The position numbers and the translations under genes were made by a program. This document shows positions 19,236 to 28,469 of a stretch of 59,091 bases of DNA, piece by piece; position 1 is the stretch's first letter, and the number at the start of each line of letters is the position of its first letter. Origin of the DNA: Pseudomonadota bacterium (lineage in GTDB: Bacteria; Pseudomonadota; Gammaproteobacteria; JAGOUN01); the NCBI GenBank assembly GCA_040389005.1, contig JAZKAS010000013.1:18073-77163 (forward strand). The letters run 5' to 3'. The notes beneath the pieces were generated by a model. It worked only from the letters and a program-made list of their open reading frames with translations. It made no database searches and had not been told where the DNA came from.

Positions 19236-20471
19236 ATGACCATGAATAAATTTCTTCTTAATCCCTTGTTCGATGGTCTGCAAGAAATGCTAGCCGAAGA
19301 GGATTATTGTCCGTCATTAACGAGTGAAGAAAAAACGATTCACAAGCACGCGAAACAGTTTTTGTTAAGTTATCGCGGCAGTCTCGATACGTTCAATTCT
19401 TATCGTCGTGAAATTGAACGTTATTTACAATGGTGCCAACTTATCGCAAAGAAATCCATATTGGATATTCGTCGAGAAGATTTCGAAAATTTTTTAAGCT
19501 TTTGCCAAGATCCACCCGAGTCTTGGATTGCTACCCGTGTTGAAAAACGTTTTATGATGAGCGGCGGTGAACGCATTCCGAATCCTGAATGGAAACCCTT
19601 TGTCGTTAAAATCACCAAGGCCGCAACAAAAAATGGCGGCAGTCCTAAAAAAGAAAATTATGAGCTTTCAGAAAAAGCGTTTAAATCTTTATTCGCGATT
19701 ATTAGTAGTTTTTATAATTTTCTCATTCAAGAAGAAGCGACAAATGTGAATCCTGTTTTACTCATTCGACAAAAAAGTCGTTATATTCGCAAACACCAAA
19801 CGGCACCAACCATTCGACGATTGTCAGAATTACAATGGGGCTATGTGATTGAAACTGCGGAAATCATGGCGAATGAAAATCCGCAACACAAACGCACTTT
19901 GTTTATGATGAATTTATTATATGGCATGTATTTGCGAATTTCAGAACTTGCCGCAACGCCGCGCTGGACCCCGACGATGGGGGATTTTCATCGAGATTCT
20001 GAAGGGCGTTGGTGGTTTTTGACCGTCGGTAAAGGTAATAAAGAACGAAAAATTACCGTGAGCCCGGTAATGTTAGAAGCGCTGAAACAATATCGAATGT
20101 CATTGGGGCTTTCTTCGTTGCCATCGCCACAAGAAAAAACGCCGCTTATTTCAAAACATAATGATGGAAAATCCATTAGCAGTACGCGTTATATTCGTGA
20201 AATTGTGCAAACCTGTTTTGATCGTGCCGGTGAACGTTTACGCGCCGATAATCAAATCGAAGAGGCCGAACAACTCATGGCCGCAACCGTGCATTGGTTA
20301 CGCCATACCGGTATTTCGGAAGATGTGAAAATTCGCCCGCGTGAACATGTGCGTGATGATGCCGGCCATAGCTCGGGTAGTATTACCGATAAATATATTG
20401 ATGTGGAATTACACAAACGCCATGAATCCGGTAAACAGAAGCGGATTAGACCAGAATTTCTCGAAACATAA
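19236..20471 (+). CDS. Tyrosine site-specific recombinase/integrase
   Basis: The catalytic set is visible: RISEL, GKGNKER, HWLRHT, GHSS and TDKYI. Confidence 0.9.
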   Translation: MTMNKFLLNPLFDGLQEMLAEEDYCPSLTSEEKTIHKHAKQFLLSYRGSLDTFNSYRREIERYLQWCQLIAKKSILDIRREDFENFLSFCQDPPESWIATRVEKRFMMSGGERIPNPEWKPFVVKITKAATKNGGSPKKENYELSEKAFKSLFAIISSFYNFLIQEEATNVNPVLLIRQKSRYIRKHQTAPTIRRLSELQWGYVIETAEIMANENPQHKRTLFMMNLLYGMYLRISELAATPRWTPTMGDFHRDSEGRWWFLTVGKGNKERKITVSPVMLEALKQYRMSLGLSSLPSPQEKTPLISKHNDGKSISSTRYIREIVQTCFDRAGERLRADNQIEEAEQLMAATVHWLRHTGISEDVKIRPREHVRDDAGHSSGSITDKYIDVELHKRHESGKQKRIRPEFLET

Positions 20472-20482
20472 GAGATGCGAAT

Positions 20483-21937
20483 ATGACACAACAACGAGAT
20501 ATTGACCTAGTTAATGATTTATTAAGTAATAGTGCAGAGCTTTCTTGGTTGGAATTCAAACAAGATAATGCCAATGAGCAAATGATTGGAAAACTTTGCT
20601 CAGCACTTTCCAATGGAGCGCGATTAGCAAATAGAGATTTTGGCTACCTTATTTGGGGCGTAGTAGATGGAACACGTGAAATCGAAGGTACACAGTTTAA
20701 TCCTGACACTGCAAAAATAAGTAATCAAGGATTACAAATTTGGTTAGCACAGCAACTAAAACCCAGTATTTCTTTTTGTTTCAAAGTGATTGCTCATCCT
20801 TGCGGGCGAGTAGTTTTATTAGAGATTCCTGCTGCCGTTACGGCTCCAGTTGCTTTTAATGATATCTCCTATATTCGAATTGGTAGTGCAACTCCCAAGT
20901 TACTTGATTACCCGGAACGTTACAAAAGTCTTATTGAGGCGTTACGTCCTTATAGCTGGGAACATGGTATTGCGAAACAATATATTTCTGAGGATGAAGT
21001 ATTAGATCTACTGGATTACACTTCTTATTTTCGTTTAAATAAGCAGCCGTTGCCTGATAATCGTTCGGGTATTTTTGAAAAATTAGAAGCGGATCGATTA
21101 ATTACCCGAGATGTGGGCGGCAAATGGAATATTACAAATCTTGGTGCAATTTTGTTTGCAACAGACCTTAATAGATTTGATCATTCGCTTGCTCGTAAAG
21201 GAGTGCGATTAATTGTCTATAGTGGAAAAAATAAAGCCTCACAAGTAACCCATAGGCTGGACGGTCGCAAAGGGTATGCGAATGGATTCGAGGGCATGAT
21301 TGAGTACATCAATAACTTATTGCCAGTTAATGAGCATATTGGTGATGCATTCAGAGAGGAAAGGGCGCTTTTTCCGAAATTGGCAATTCGTGAATTAGTT
21401 GCTAATGCATTGATTCATCAAGATATGACCATTACTGGCGCAGGTCCGCAAATTGAATTATTTAGTGATAGAATGGAAATTGTGAATCCAGGAAAATCTT
21501 TGTTGGATCCAGTGCGCATGATTGATTTACCGCCGCGTTCACGTAACGCAATGCTTGCATCATTAATGCGACGCATGGGTTTATGTGAAGAGCAAGGTAG
21601 TGGATTAGACAAAGTAATTGCGGAAGTTGAACTATATCAACTGCCCCCTCCATTATTTCACGAGAGTGATAATTCTATGCAAGTGATTCTTTATGCCCCA
21701 AGAAGTTTTGCGCAAATGACGGCCGATGAGCGTATTCGAGCTTGTTATCAACATGCAGTATTAAGATTTTTGGCTGGCGATAAAATGAAAAATTTAAGTT
21801 TATGTGAGCGTCTTGGTATAGATAAAAAAAATGCTGCCCAAGCAACAACGGTCATAAATAGTACGCAAAAAATAGGCTGGATTAAGGCTGCAGAAGCTGG
21901 TCGACCTAGGACAGGATATGTGCCTAGTTGGGCTTAA
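20483..21937 (+). CDS. AlbA_2 (Schlafen-like) DNA/RNA-binding domain plus HATPase_c_4 ATPase-like plus wHTH protein
   Basis: N-terminal E..WLEFK motif, RELVANALIHQDM in the C-terminal half, and an HTH-like tail. Confidence 0.7.
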   Translation: MTQQRDIDLVNDLLSNSAELSWLEFKQDNANEQMIGKLCSALSNGARLANRDFGYLIWGVVDGTREIEGTQFNPDTAKISNQGLQIWLAQQLKPSISFCFKVIAHPCGRVVLLEIPAAVTAPVAFNDISYIRIGSATPKLLDYPERYKSLIEALRPYSWEHGIAKQYISEDEVLDLLDYTSYFRLNKQPLPDNRSGIFEKLEADRLITRDVGGKWNITNLGAILFATDLNRFDHSLARKGVRLIVYSGKNKASQVTHRLDGRKGYANGFEGMIEYINNLLPVNEHIGDAFREERALFPKLAIRELVANALIHQDMTITGAGPQIELFSDRMEIVNPGKSLLDPVRMIDLPPRSRNAMLASLMRRMGLCEEQGSGLDKVIAEVELYQLPPPLFHESDNSMQVILYAPRSFAQMTADERIRACYQHAVLRFLAGDKMKNLSLCERLGIDKKNAAQATTVINSTQKIGWIKAAEAGRPRTGYVPSWA

Positions 21938-22048
21938 TTTTCTTGATTGGCTCTTGATTTTAATTAACTTTTAAGTCAATTATAACATAAAAATACTTTT
22001 AAAATCAAAGAGTTATAATTTTTTATTTTCTTGATCGGTTCTTGATTA
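21938..22048. repeat. Array of TCTTGAT(T) motifs (two 22-bp direct repeats plus one inverted copy)
   Basis: ttttcttgattggctcttgatt (21938..) and ttttcttgatcggttcttgatt (22027..), with aaatcaaagag between them. Confidence 0.6.
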
Positions 22049-22093
22049 TTCAATTGGATTAACAAAAGTTGATTCGGTTTTTTAAATCAATTG

Positions 22094-22132
22094 CTATAGA
22101 GCAGGTTACGTTAATCGTAACTTGCTCTATAG
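22094..22132. terminator. Long stem-loop between convergent genes (fba / AlbA_2 gene)
   Basis: ctatagagcaggttacg-ttaat-cgtaacttgctctatag, a 17-bp stem with one G-T pair. Confidence 0.6.
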
Positions 22133-22146
22133 CTGATGAGCAGATT

Positions 22147-23214
22147 TTATCGTCGAACCAACGGATCCAACGCGCCACTCAAATACCGCAAATACATTTG
22201 TTCAAGCGATAGCACTTTAATTTTATCGGCATTACCCGCAGTACCAAATTGATTGTAACGATCAATACAAATTTGTTTCATCGCATCTTTTGAAACAGCA
22301 AGATATTTGCGAGGATCAAATTCAGCTGGGTGATCGTTCAAAAATTTTCGAATCGCACCGGTGCAGGCCATGCGCAAATCGGTATCGATATTGATTTTTC
22401 GCACGCCGTGTTTAATACCTTCTTGAATTTCAGTAACCGGTACGCCGTAGGTTTCCCCCATCGCGCCGCCGTTTTCATTAATGATTTTTAGCCAATCTTG
22501 TGGCACAGACGATGAGCCGTGCATGACTAAATGCGTGTTCGGAATGCGTGCATGAATCGCTTTAATGCGGTCAATCGCTAAAATATCGCCTGTCGGTGGG
22601 CGTGAAAATTTATACGCGCCATGACTGGTTCCAATCGCAATCGCTAAAGCATCGACTTTGGTGTGTTGCACAAAATCCGCAGCTTGTTCTGGATTTGTTA
22701 AAAGTTGATCGTGCGATAAAATACCTTCCGCGCCTGATCCATCTTCTTCACCGGCAACGCCTGTTTCTAATGAACCCAAACAACCCAGTTCGCCTTCAAC
22801 AGAAACGCCACACGCATGTGCCATGGCAACCGCTTGTTGTGTCACCTCAACATTGTATTCATAACTTGCTGGTGTTTTCATATCGGCTTTTAAAGAGCCG
22901 TCCATCATCACCGAAGAAAATCCAAGTTGAATTGAGCGTTGACATACATCCGGTGATGACCCGTGATCTTGATGCATGCAGACAGGAATATGCGGATATT
23001 CTTCAATCGCTGCAAGGATTAAATGCCGAATAAACGGCGCGCCGGCATATTTGCGAGCGCCAGCAGATGCTTGTACGATAACTGGGCTATTGGTTTCTTG
23101 TGCGGCCTCCATGACAGCGCGCATTTGTTCTAAATTGTTAACATTAAATGCGGGCACGCCGTAATTATTTTCTGCAGCGTGATCGAGTAATTGACGAAGT
23201 GAAATTAAAGCCAT
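22147..23214 (-). CDS. fba: Fructose-bisphosphate aldolase, class II
   Basis: Class II motifs (PVIVQ.S.G, HQDHG, LVMHGSS); 355 aa. Confidence 0.95.
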   Translation of the reverse strand: MALISLRQLLDHAAENNYGVPAFNVNNLEQMRAVMEAAQETNSPVIVQASAGARKYAGAPFIRHLILAAIEEYPHIPVCMHQDHGSSPDVCQRSIQLGFSSVMMDGSLKADMKTPASYEYNVEVTQQAVAMAHACGVSVEGELGCLGSLETGVAGEEDGSGAEGILSHDQLLTNPEQAADFVQHTKVDALAIAIGTSHGAYKFSRPPTGDILAIDRIKAIHARIPNTHLVMHGSSSVPQDWLKIINENGGAMGETYGVPVTEIQEGIKHGVRKINIDTDLRMACTGAIRKFLNDHPAEFDPRKYLAVSKDAMKQICIDRYNQFGTAGNADKIKVLSLEQMYLRYLSGALDPLVRR

Positions 23215-23241
23215 GATGCTACCTCTATTATTTTATAAATT

Positions 23242-24723
23242 TTATGAATCCAATGAACCGACTTCAACAATTTTCATCGTATTCGTTTTGCCATGAATTC
23301 CTGCCATATCGCCTTTGGTTAAAATGACGCGATCGCCTTCTTTTAATAATCCAAGACGTTGTAATGTTTTTACTGCTTCTTTGATAATGTCACGTTTTTC
23401 CACTTTGGTGGCATCAAAATGCACGGGATAAACGCCGCGATAAAGCGCGACAATACGTTGAGTGGGAATATTGCGACTGAGGGCATAAATAGGAATATGC
23501 GCGCTGACACGTGACATCCATAATGGCGTTGAACCGGATTCTGTCATGGCAATAATCGCGGTAATATTTAAATGATTTGCGGTATACATGGTCGCGCGCG
23601 CGATGGCTTCATCAACATGATGTACCATGGGATCAACTTCGTGTGTGTGAATGGCGCCGCCCATGGCAGGATTTTTTTCCACCGTGAGTGCAATACGCAC
23701 CATGGTTTCAACCGCTTTGTCAGGAAATTTTCCTGTCGCAGTTTCGGCCGATAACATCACCGCGTCGGTTGCATCGAGTACGGCATTCGCAACGTCAGAG
23801 ACTTCTGCGCGTGTTGGAACAGGGCATGTGATCATCGATTCCAACATTTGTGTGGCAGTGATGACAGGTTTATTCAACGCACGCGCACGCATGATCATGA
23901 GTTTTTGTACCGCAGGCACCTCTGCATCACCAATTTCAACGGCGAGATCACCGCGTGCGACCATCACACCATCAGACGCTTTAATAATTTCGTCGATCAC
24001 CGGCACGGCTTCGGCACGTTCAATTTTCGCAATAATTTTTGCATTACCGCCCGCAGCTTTAATTAAAATGCGCGCTTCGAAAATATCAGCCGCTGATCGT
24101 GGAAAAGAAACTGCGATATAATCTGCGCCGAGTTTTAAGGCCGTTTTTAAATCTTCGCAATCTTTTTCAGTGAGTGCTGGGGCCGATAATCCACCGCCTT
24201 GACGATTGATGCCTTTGTTGTTGGAAAGTTCACCGCCATTGACGACCAAGCACGTAATGCGAGGGCCTTCGACATTTTTAACGGTAAAAACAATTTTTCC
24301 ATCATCGAGCAATAAGGTATCACCAACATGAACATCATGAGGAAGTTCTTTATAATCGATACCAACATGGGTTTCATCACCTTGATCATTTTCAAGTGAC
24401 GCATCAAGAATAAATGTTTGACCGTCTTGTAGTTCTACTTTCTTTTGTTTAAAGCGAGAGACGCGAATTTTAGGCCCTTGAAGATCAGCAAGAATCGCAA
24501 CTTCTGTTTTTAATTCAGTAGCGATTTTTCGTACCGCGTTAATGCGTTTAGCGTGATCATCAGCAGAACCGTGTGAAAAGTTCGCGCGAAAAACGCTAGC
24601 GCCTGCTACCATGACTTTACGTAACATGGTTTCATCATCGAGCGATGGTCCTAATGTGACAACGATTTTTGTGAGTCTAACTTGTTGAGGTTCATGAGAT
24701 TTTTTTATTGTCGTTACGGTCAT
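23242..24723 (-). CDS. pyk: Pyruvate kinase
   Basis: TKIV.TLGP, RANFSHG, KIE, MVARGDL.VE and ATQMLESM. Confidence 0.95.
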   Translation of the reverse strand: MTVTTIKKSHEPQQVRLTKIVVTLGPSLDDETMLRKVMVAGASVFRANFSHGSADDHAKRINAVRKIATELKTEVAILADLQGPKIRVSRFKQKKVELQDGQTFILDASLENDQGDETHVGIDYKELPHDVHVGDTLLLDDGKIVFTVKNVEGPRITCLVVNGGELSNNKGINRQGGGLSAPALTEKDCEDLKTALKLGADYIAVSFPRSAADIFEARILIKAAGGNAKIIAKIERAEAVPVIDEIIKASDGVMVARGDLAVEIGDAEVPAVQKLMIMRARALNKPVITATQMLESMITCPVPTRAEVSDVANAVLDATDAVMLSAETATGKFPDKAVETMVRIALTVEKNPAMGGAIHTHEVDPMVHHVDEAIARATMYTANHLNITAIIAMTESGSTPLWMSRVSAHIPIYALSRNIPTQRIVALYRGVYPVHFDATKVEKRDIIKEAVKTLQRLGLLKEGDRVILTKGDMAGIHGKTNTMKIVEVGSLDS

Positions 24724-25901
24724 AGAGTTCTCTCTTTTGCATGTTTTTCAAGTGCTACAACAGCGGGCAATGCTTCGCCTTCTAAAAAGCTTAAGAAAGC
24801 ACCGCCGCCAGTGGAAATATAAGAAATTTTTTCATTGAGACCAAATATATCAATGGCCGCAATCGTATCGCCGCCACCGGCAATACTAAAGGCTTTGCTT
24901 TTGGCAATGGCCTCACCGATTGCGCGCGTGCCATGGCTAAATTGTTCAATCTCAAATGCGCCAACAGGGCCATTCCATAAAATCGTGCCGGCTTTCTCAA
25001 TAAATGTATTATAAAGTTTTGCCGTTTGTGGGCCGATATCAAGAATCCGTTCGTCTTCATCAACTTGATCGATTTCTTTCACATAACTTTCCGCTTCAGC
25101 TGAAAACGCTTCTGCCACGACCACATCGATCGGCATCGGAATTTTTGCGCCTGTTTTTAAATTGACTAAACGATCTGCTTCATCAATGAGATCAGGTTCA
25201 TATAAAGATTTACCCATATCGTAGCCCTGTGCGGCTAAAAAGGTATTGGCAATACCACCGCCAACGATGAGTACATCGACTTTTTTTGATAAAGCATCGA
25301 GCACCGGTAGCTTTGTAGAGATTTTTGATCCACCGACAATCGCGACAACCGGACGTTTGGGGGATTCAAGGCCGCGTTTTAACGCTTCAAGCTCCTGTGC
25401 TAATAATGGGCCCGCACACGCCAAGGGCGCATAGTCGATGACGCCACAAGTCGAGGCTTCTGCGCGATGTGCCGTTGCAAACGCGTCCATCACAAAAATA
25501 TCGCATAAGCTAGCGATTTGCTTGGAAAGCTCAGGATCATTGGCTTTTTCACCCCGATTGAAGCGTACGTTTTCACATAACACCAGTTGTCCGGGGGCAA
25601 CCTCAACCCCTGACAACCAGTCTCGGATTAAGGGCACGTCCATACTTAATAAATCAGACAAACACGCCGCAACGGGTGCTAGTGAGTATTCTTCATCAAA
25701 AAACCCTTCTTCGGGACGCCCTAAATGCGACAACAACATCACCCGCGCACCTGCCTGCAAAGCGGCTTGCAGCGTTGGAATCGCCATGCGAATGCGTGCA
25801 TCACTCGTCACTTGACCTTTGGATAGCGGCACATTCAAGTCTTCTCGAATCAAGACGCGTTGATGGCTTAAATCAAGATCGCTCATGTGAATGATGGACA
25901 T
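24720..25901 (-). CDS. pgk: Phosphoglycerate kinase
   Basis: R.DLNVP, SHLGRP, NVRF..GE and STGGGA. It overlaps the pyk start by 4 nt. Confidence 0.97.
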   Translation of the reverse strand: MSIIHMSDLDLSHQRVLIREDLNVPLSKGQVTSDARIRMAIPTLQAALQAGARVMLLSHLGRPEEGFFDEEYSLAPVAACLSDLLSMDVPLIRDWLSGVEVAPGQLVLCENVRFNRGEKANDPELSKQIASLCDIFVMDAFATAHRAEASTCGVIDYAPLACAGPLLAQELEALKRGLESPKRPVVAIVGGSKISTKLPVLDALSKKVDVLIVGGGIANTFLAAQGYDMGKSLYEPDLIDEADRLVNLKTGAKIPMPIDVVVAEAFSAEAESYVKEIDQVDEDERILDIGPQTAKLYNTFIEKAGTILWNGPVGAFEIEQFSHGTRAIGEAIAKSKAFSIAGGGDTIAAIDIFGLNEKISYISTGGGAFLSFLEGEALPAVVALEKHAKERTL

Positions 25902-26214
25902 GGTAGCCTCTTTTTCTTAGGTTTGTTTAGAGATTCTGATTAGAAACCTCAGAAAATGCAAGGCGATAAAATGTTTGTTGTAAATTAGTTCGAAAAGCAC
26001 AATTTTTCCGCATTCATAACGCTGCCTTAAAATAATATCAACCATCATGAGTGCTGGTTTTATAAGGGCAAAAGGTCATTATTATGGGGTTATTTTTTGA
26101 TCGCGAAGAGAATCAAAGTAAAACTTATAGAGGCATGGCCCTTGTCAAACATGGGGCCTGCTTTTTGCGCGATACTATGTCAAAATAAGCCAAGAATTTT
26201 AAGGAAAAAGTGTT

Positions 26215-26403
26215 ATGTCAGATGTTTTGAAGCGACCGAATACCGAGAATCATTATAAGATTACACGGCGTGATTTGCCGCTGTGTTGTCCAAGCGAGAA
26301 AATGCGCGTGTGGGATTCGCATCCTCGTGTGTTTTTGCCTATTGAAAAGACGGGTGAAGCGGATTGTCCATATTGTGGTGCTAAATATAGTTTAGTAGAT
26401 TAG
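26215..26403 (+). CDS. Small zinc-finger (CHCC-type) protein
   Basis: 62 aa with CC...CPYCG cysteine pairs. Confidence 0.6.
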   Translation: MSDVLKRPNTENHYKITRRDLPLCCPSEKMRVWDSHPRVFLPIEKTGEADCPYCGAKYSLVD

Positions 26404-26406
26404 CTC

Positions 26407-27396
26407 ATGGTTAAGTATCTCATCGTAGGACCTTCTTGGATCGGCGATATGATTATGGCCAACGGTTTATTTCGCTTGCTTAAATTACAGCATCCAGATT
26501 GCGTGATTGATGTGTTGGCGCCGGCGTGGAGCCACCCCGTATTGGCGTGTATGCCAGAAGTGCGCCGTTCGATTATGATGCCAGTGAAGCATGGCGCATT
26601 TAATTTAATGATACGATATCAATTAGGAAAATCATTGCGTGATGAGCGTTATGATTATGCTGTTGTTTTGCCAAATTCATGGAAATCTGCCCTCATTCCT
26701 TTCTTTGCTCGCATTCCAAAGCGCATCGGTTGGCGAGGTGAATGGCGCTATGGAATATTAAATGATGTGCGCATTTTAAATAAGAAAAAATATCCCTTGA
26801 TGATCCAACGTTATTTAGCTTTGGGAAATTTAGATGCCAACGATCAAAAAATTTATCCGCATTTAAAAGTTGATTTTGCTGCACGAGAAATTGCTTCAAA
26901 AAAATATCAGATCAATCAAACACAGCGTTTATTAATATTATGTCCTGGCGCGCAATATGGTGCATCAAAACGTTGGCCAATCGAATACTTTGCAAAAGTG
27001 GCAGATTATTATTTGCATGAAAACTGGCAAGTTGCTGTTTTGGGTGGTAAAGATGAAAAATGCTTAGTCGATGCGATGAATGCGGCACTCTCAACGCCTG
27101 CGCTTGATTTGACTGCAGCCACACTTGCCGAAGCAATTGATTTAATGTCATTAGCAGACGCTGTGGTAAGTAATGATTCAGGCTTAATGCACGTGGCGTG
27201 TGCGCTTGACAGAAATGTTGTTGCCATTTATGGTTCCAGTTCTCCTGATTTTACCCCGCCTTTACATGAAAAAGCGGTGATCTTGTCTAAATCCCTTCCA
27301 TGCAAGCCGTGTTTTAAACGAGAATGCCCTTTACGACATTTAAATTGTTTAAAAATGATTACACCGGAAGAAGTTATAAAAGCAATAGGCCAATGA
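26407..27396 (+). CDS. waaF: ADP-heptose:LPS heptosyltransferase II
   Basis: Collinear with E. coli WaaF (GPSW.GDM.M, LPNS.KSAL.PFFA.IP.R.GWRGE.RYG.LND.R, NDSGLMHVA). Confidence 0.85.
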   Translation: MVKYLIVGPSWIGDMIMANGLFRLLKLQHPDCVIDVLAPAWSHPVLACMPEVRRSIMMPVKHGAFNLMIRYQLGKSLRDERYDYAVVLPNSWKSALIPFFARIPKRIGWRGEWRYGILNDVRILNKKKYPLMIQRYLALGNLDANDQKIYPHLKVDFAAREIASKKYQINQTQRLLILCPGAQYGASKRWPIEYFAKVADYYLHENWQVAVLGGKDEKCLVDAMNAALSTPALDLTAATLAEAIDLMSLADAVVSNDSGLMHVACALDRNVVAIYGSSSPDFTPPLHEKAVILSKSLPCKPCFKRECPLRHLNCLKMITPEEVIKAIGQ

Positions 27397-28469
27397 TTAT
27401 GCGCGTTCTTATCATTAAAACATCGTCTATGGGGGATGTTATTCACACGCTTCCAGCATTAACCGATGCTATGCGTGCTATTCCCGATATTAAATTTGAT
27501 TGGGTTGTTGAGGAAAAATTCCAAGCAATTCCCAAATGGCATCCGGCGGTCGATCGTGTCATTCCTATTCAGCTGCGGCAATGGAAAAAAAATAAAAACT
27601 ATCGTTTAAAAAACATTTTTTATGCGCTCAAAAAATTTCACGCAACCTTGAATCAAACATCGTATGATTTAGTGCTTGATGCGCAAGGATTAATGAAATC
27701 TGCATTGATAACAAGTTTTGTTCGCGCACCGAGCGCGGGGTATAATAAAAAGAGTATCCGTGAAAAATGGGCATCTATTTTTTATAAGAAAAAATATAAT
27801 ATTTCACGCAATCAACATGCTGTTGAGCGTATTCGACAATTATTCAGTGAGGCGTTATATTATCCGCGCCCCAAAACAATGGCAGATTATGGCATCAACA
27901 AAGCGATTTGGTTAGATAATACAGTAGAGCCGTATGTGTTATTTTTTCATGGAACAACGTGGATCAATAAACATTGGCCAGAAAATTATTGGAAAGTACT
28001 TATTGAATTGCTCAACAAGCAACAGTTAAAAATAAAACTTGCGTGGGGAACGCAAGAAGAATATGAGCGCAGTTTGCGTCTTTCACAGCACGTGAATGCA
28101 GAAGTGCTGCCTGATTTAAATATTGCAACGCTTGTCCCTGTGATTGCAAATGCGAGTGCTGTTGTTGCGGTAGATACGGGGCTTTGTCATTTGGCTTCAG
28201 CGTTGAATATTCCAACAATTGCGCTATTTGGCCCGACAGATCCTGAAAAAACGGGATTAATGGGCGAGAAGCAAATTAATCTCACTGCTAATTTCCCTTG
28301 CGCACCTTGTTTGAAACGAGAATGCCACTACAAGGGTGAAGAAATTAGTAATGCGCAAAAAATATCAAATAACTGCTTAAGCCCCTTGTCAGCATGGCCT
28401 GCATGTTTTACAACGCTGCCACCACAATTAGTGATGGATAAACTTCTCACCATTTGGGGCAACAAATGA
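27393..28469 (+). CDS. waaC: ADP-heptose:LPS heptosyltransferase I
   Basis: MRVLIIKTSSMGDVIHTLPALTDA..AIP.IKFDWVVEE is nearly identical in pattern to E. coli WaaC. An ATGA overlap joins it to the waaF stop. Confidence 0.85.
   Translation: MIMRVLIIKTSSMGDVIHTLPALTDAMRAIPDIKFDWVVEEKFQAIPKWHPAVDRVIPIQLRQWKKNKNYRLKNIFYALKKFHATLNQTSYDLVLDAQGLMKSALITSFVRAPSAGYNKKSIREKWASIFYKKKYNISRNQHAVERIRQLFSEALYYPRPKTMADYGINKAIWLDNTVEPYVLFFHGTTWINKHWPENYWKVLIELLNKQQLKIKLAWGTQEEYERSLRLSQHVNAEVLPDLNIATLVPVIANASAVVAVDTGLCHLASALNIPTIALFGPTDPEKTGLMGEKQINLTANFPCAPCLKRECHYKGEEISNAQKISNNCLSPLSAWPACFTTLPPQLVMDKLLTIWGNK

Noticed and set aside
25902-26214. No gap or tkt genes lie upstream of pgk, and there is a 313-bp non-coding gap. 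It could be a rearrangement scar or a small RNA.
   Set aside because: No repeat, remnant ORF or conserved structure was seen. Gene order varies between lineages, so this is not informative on its own.
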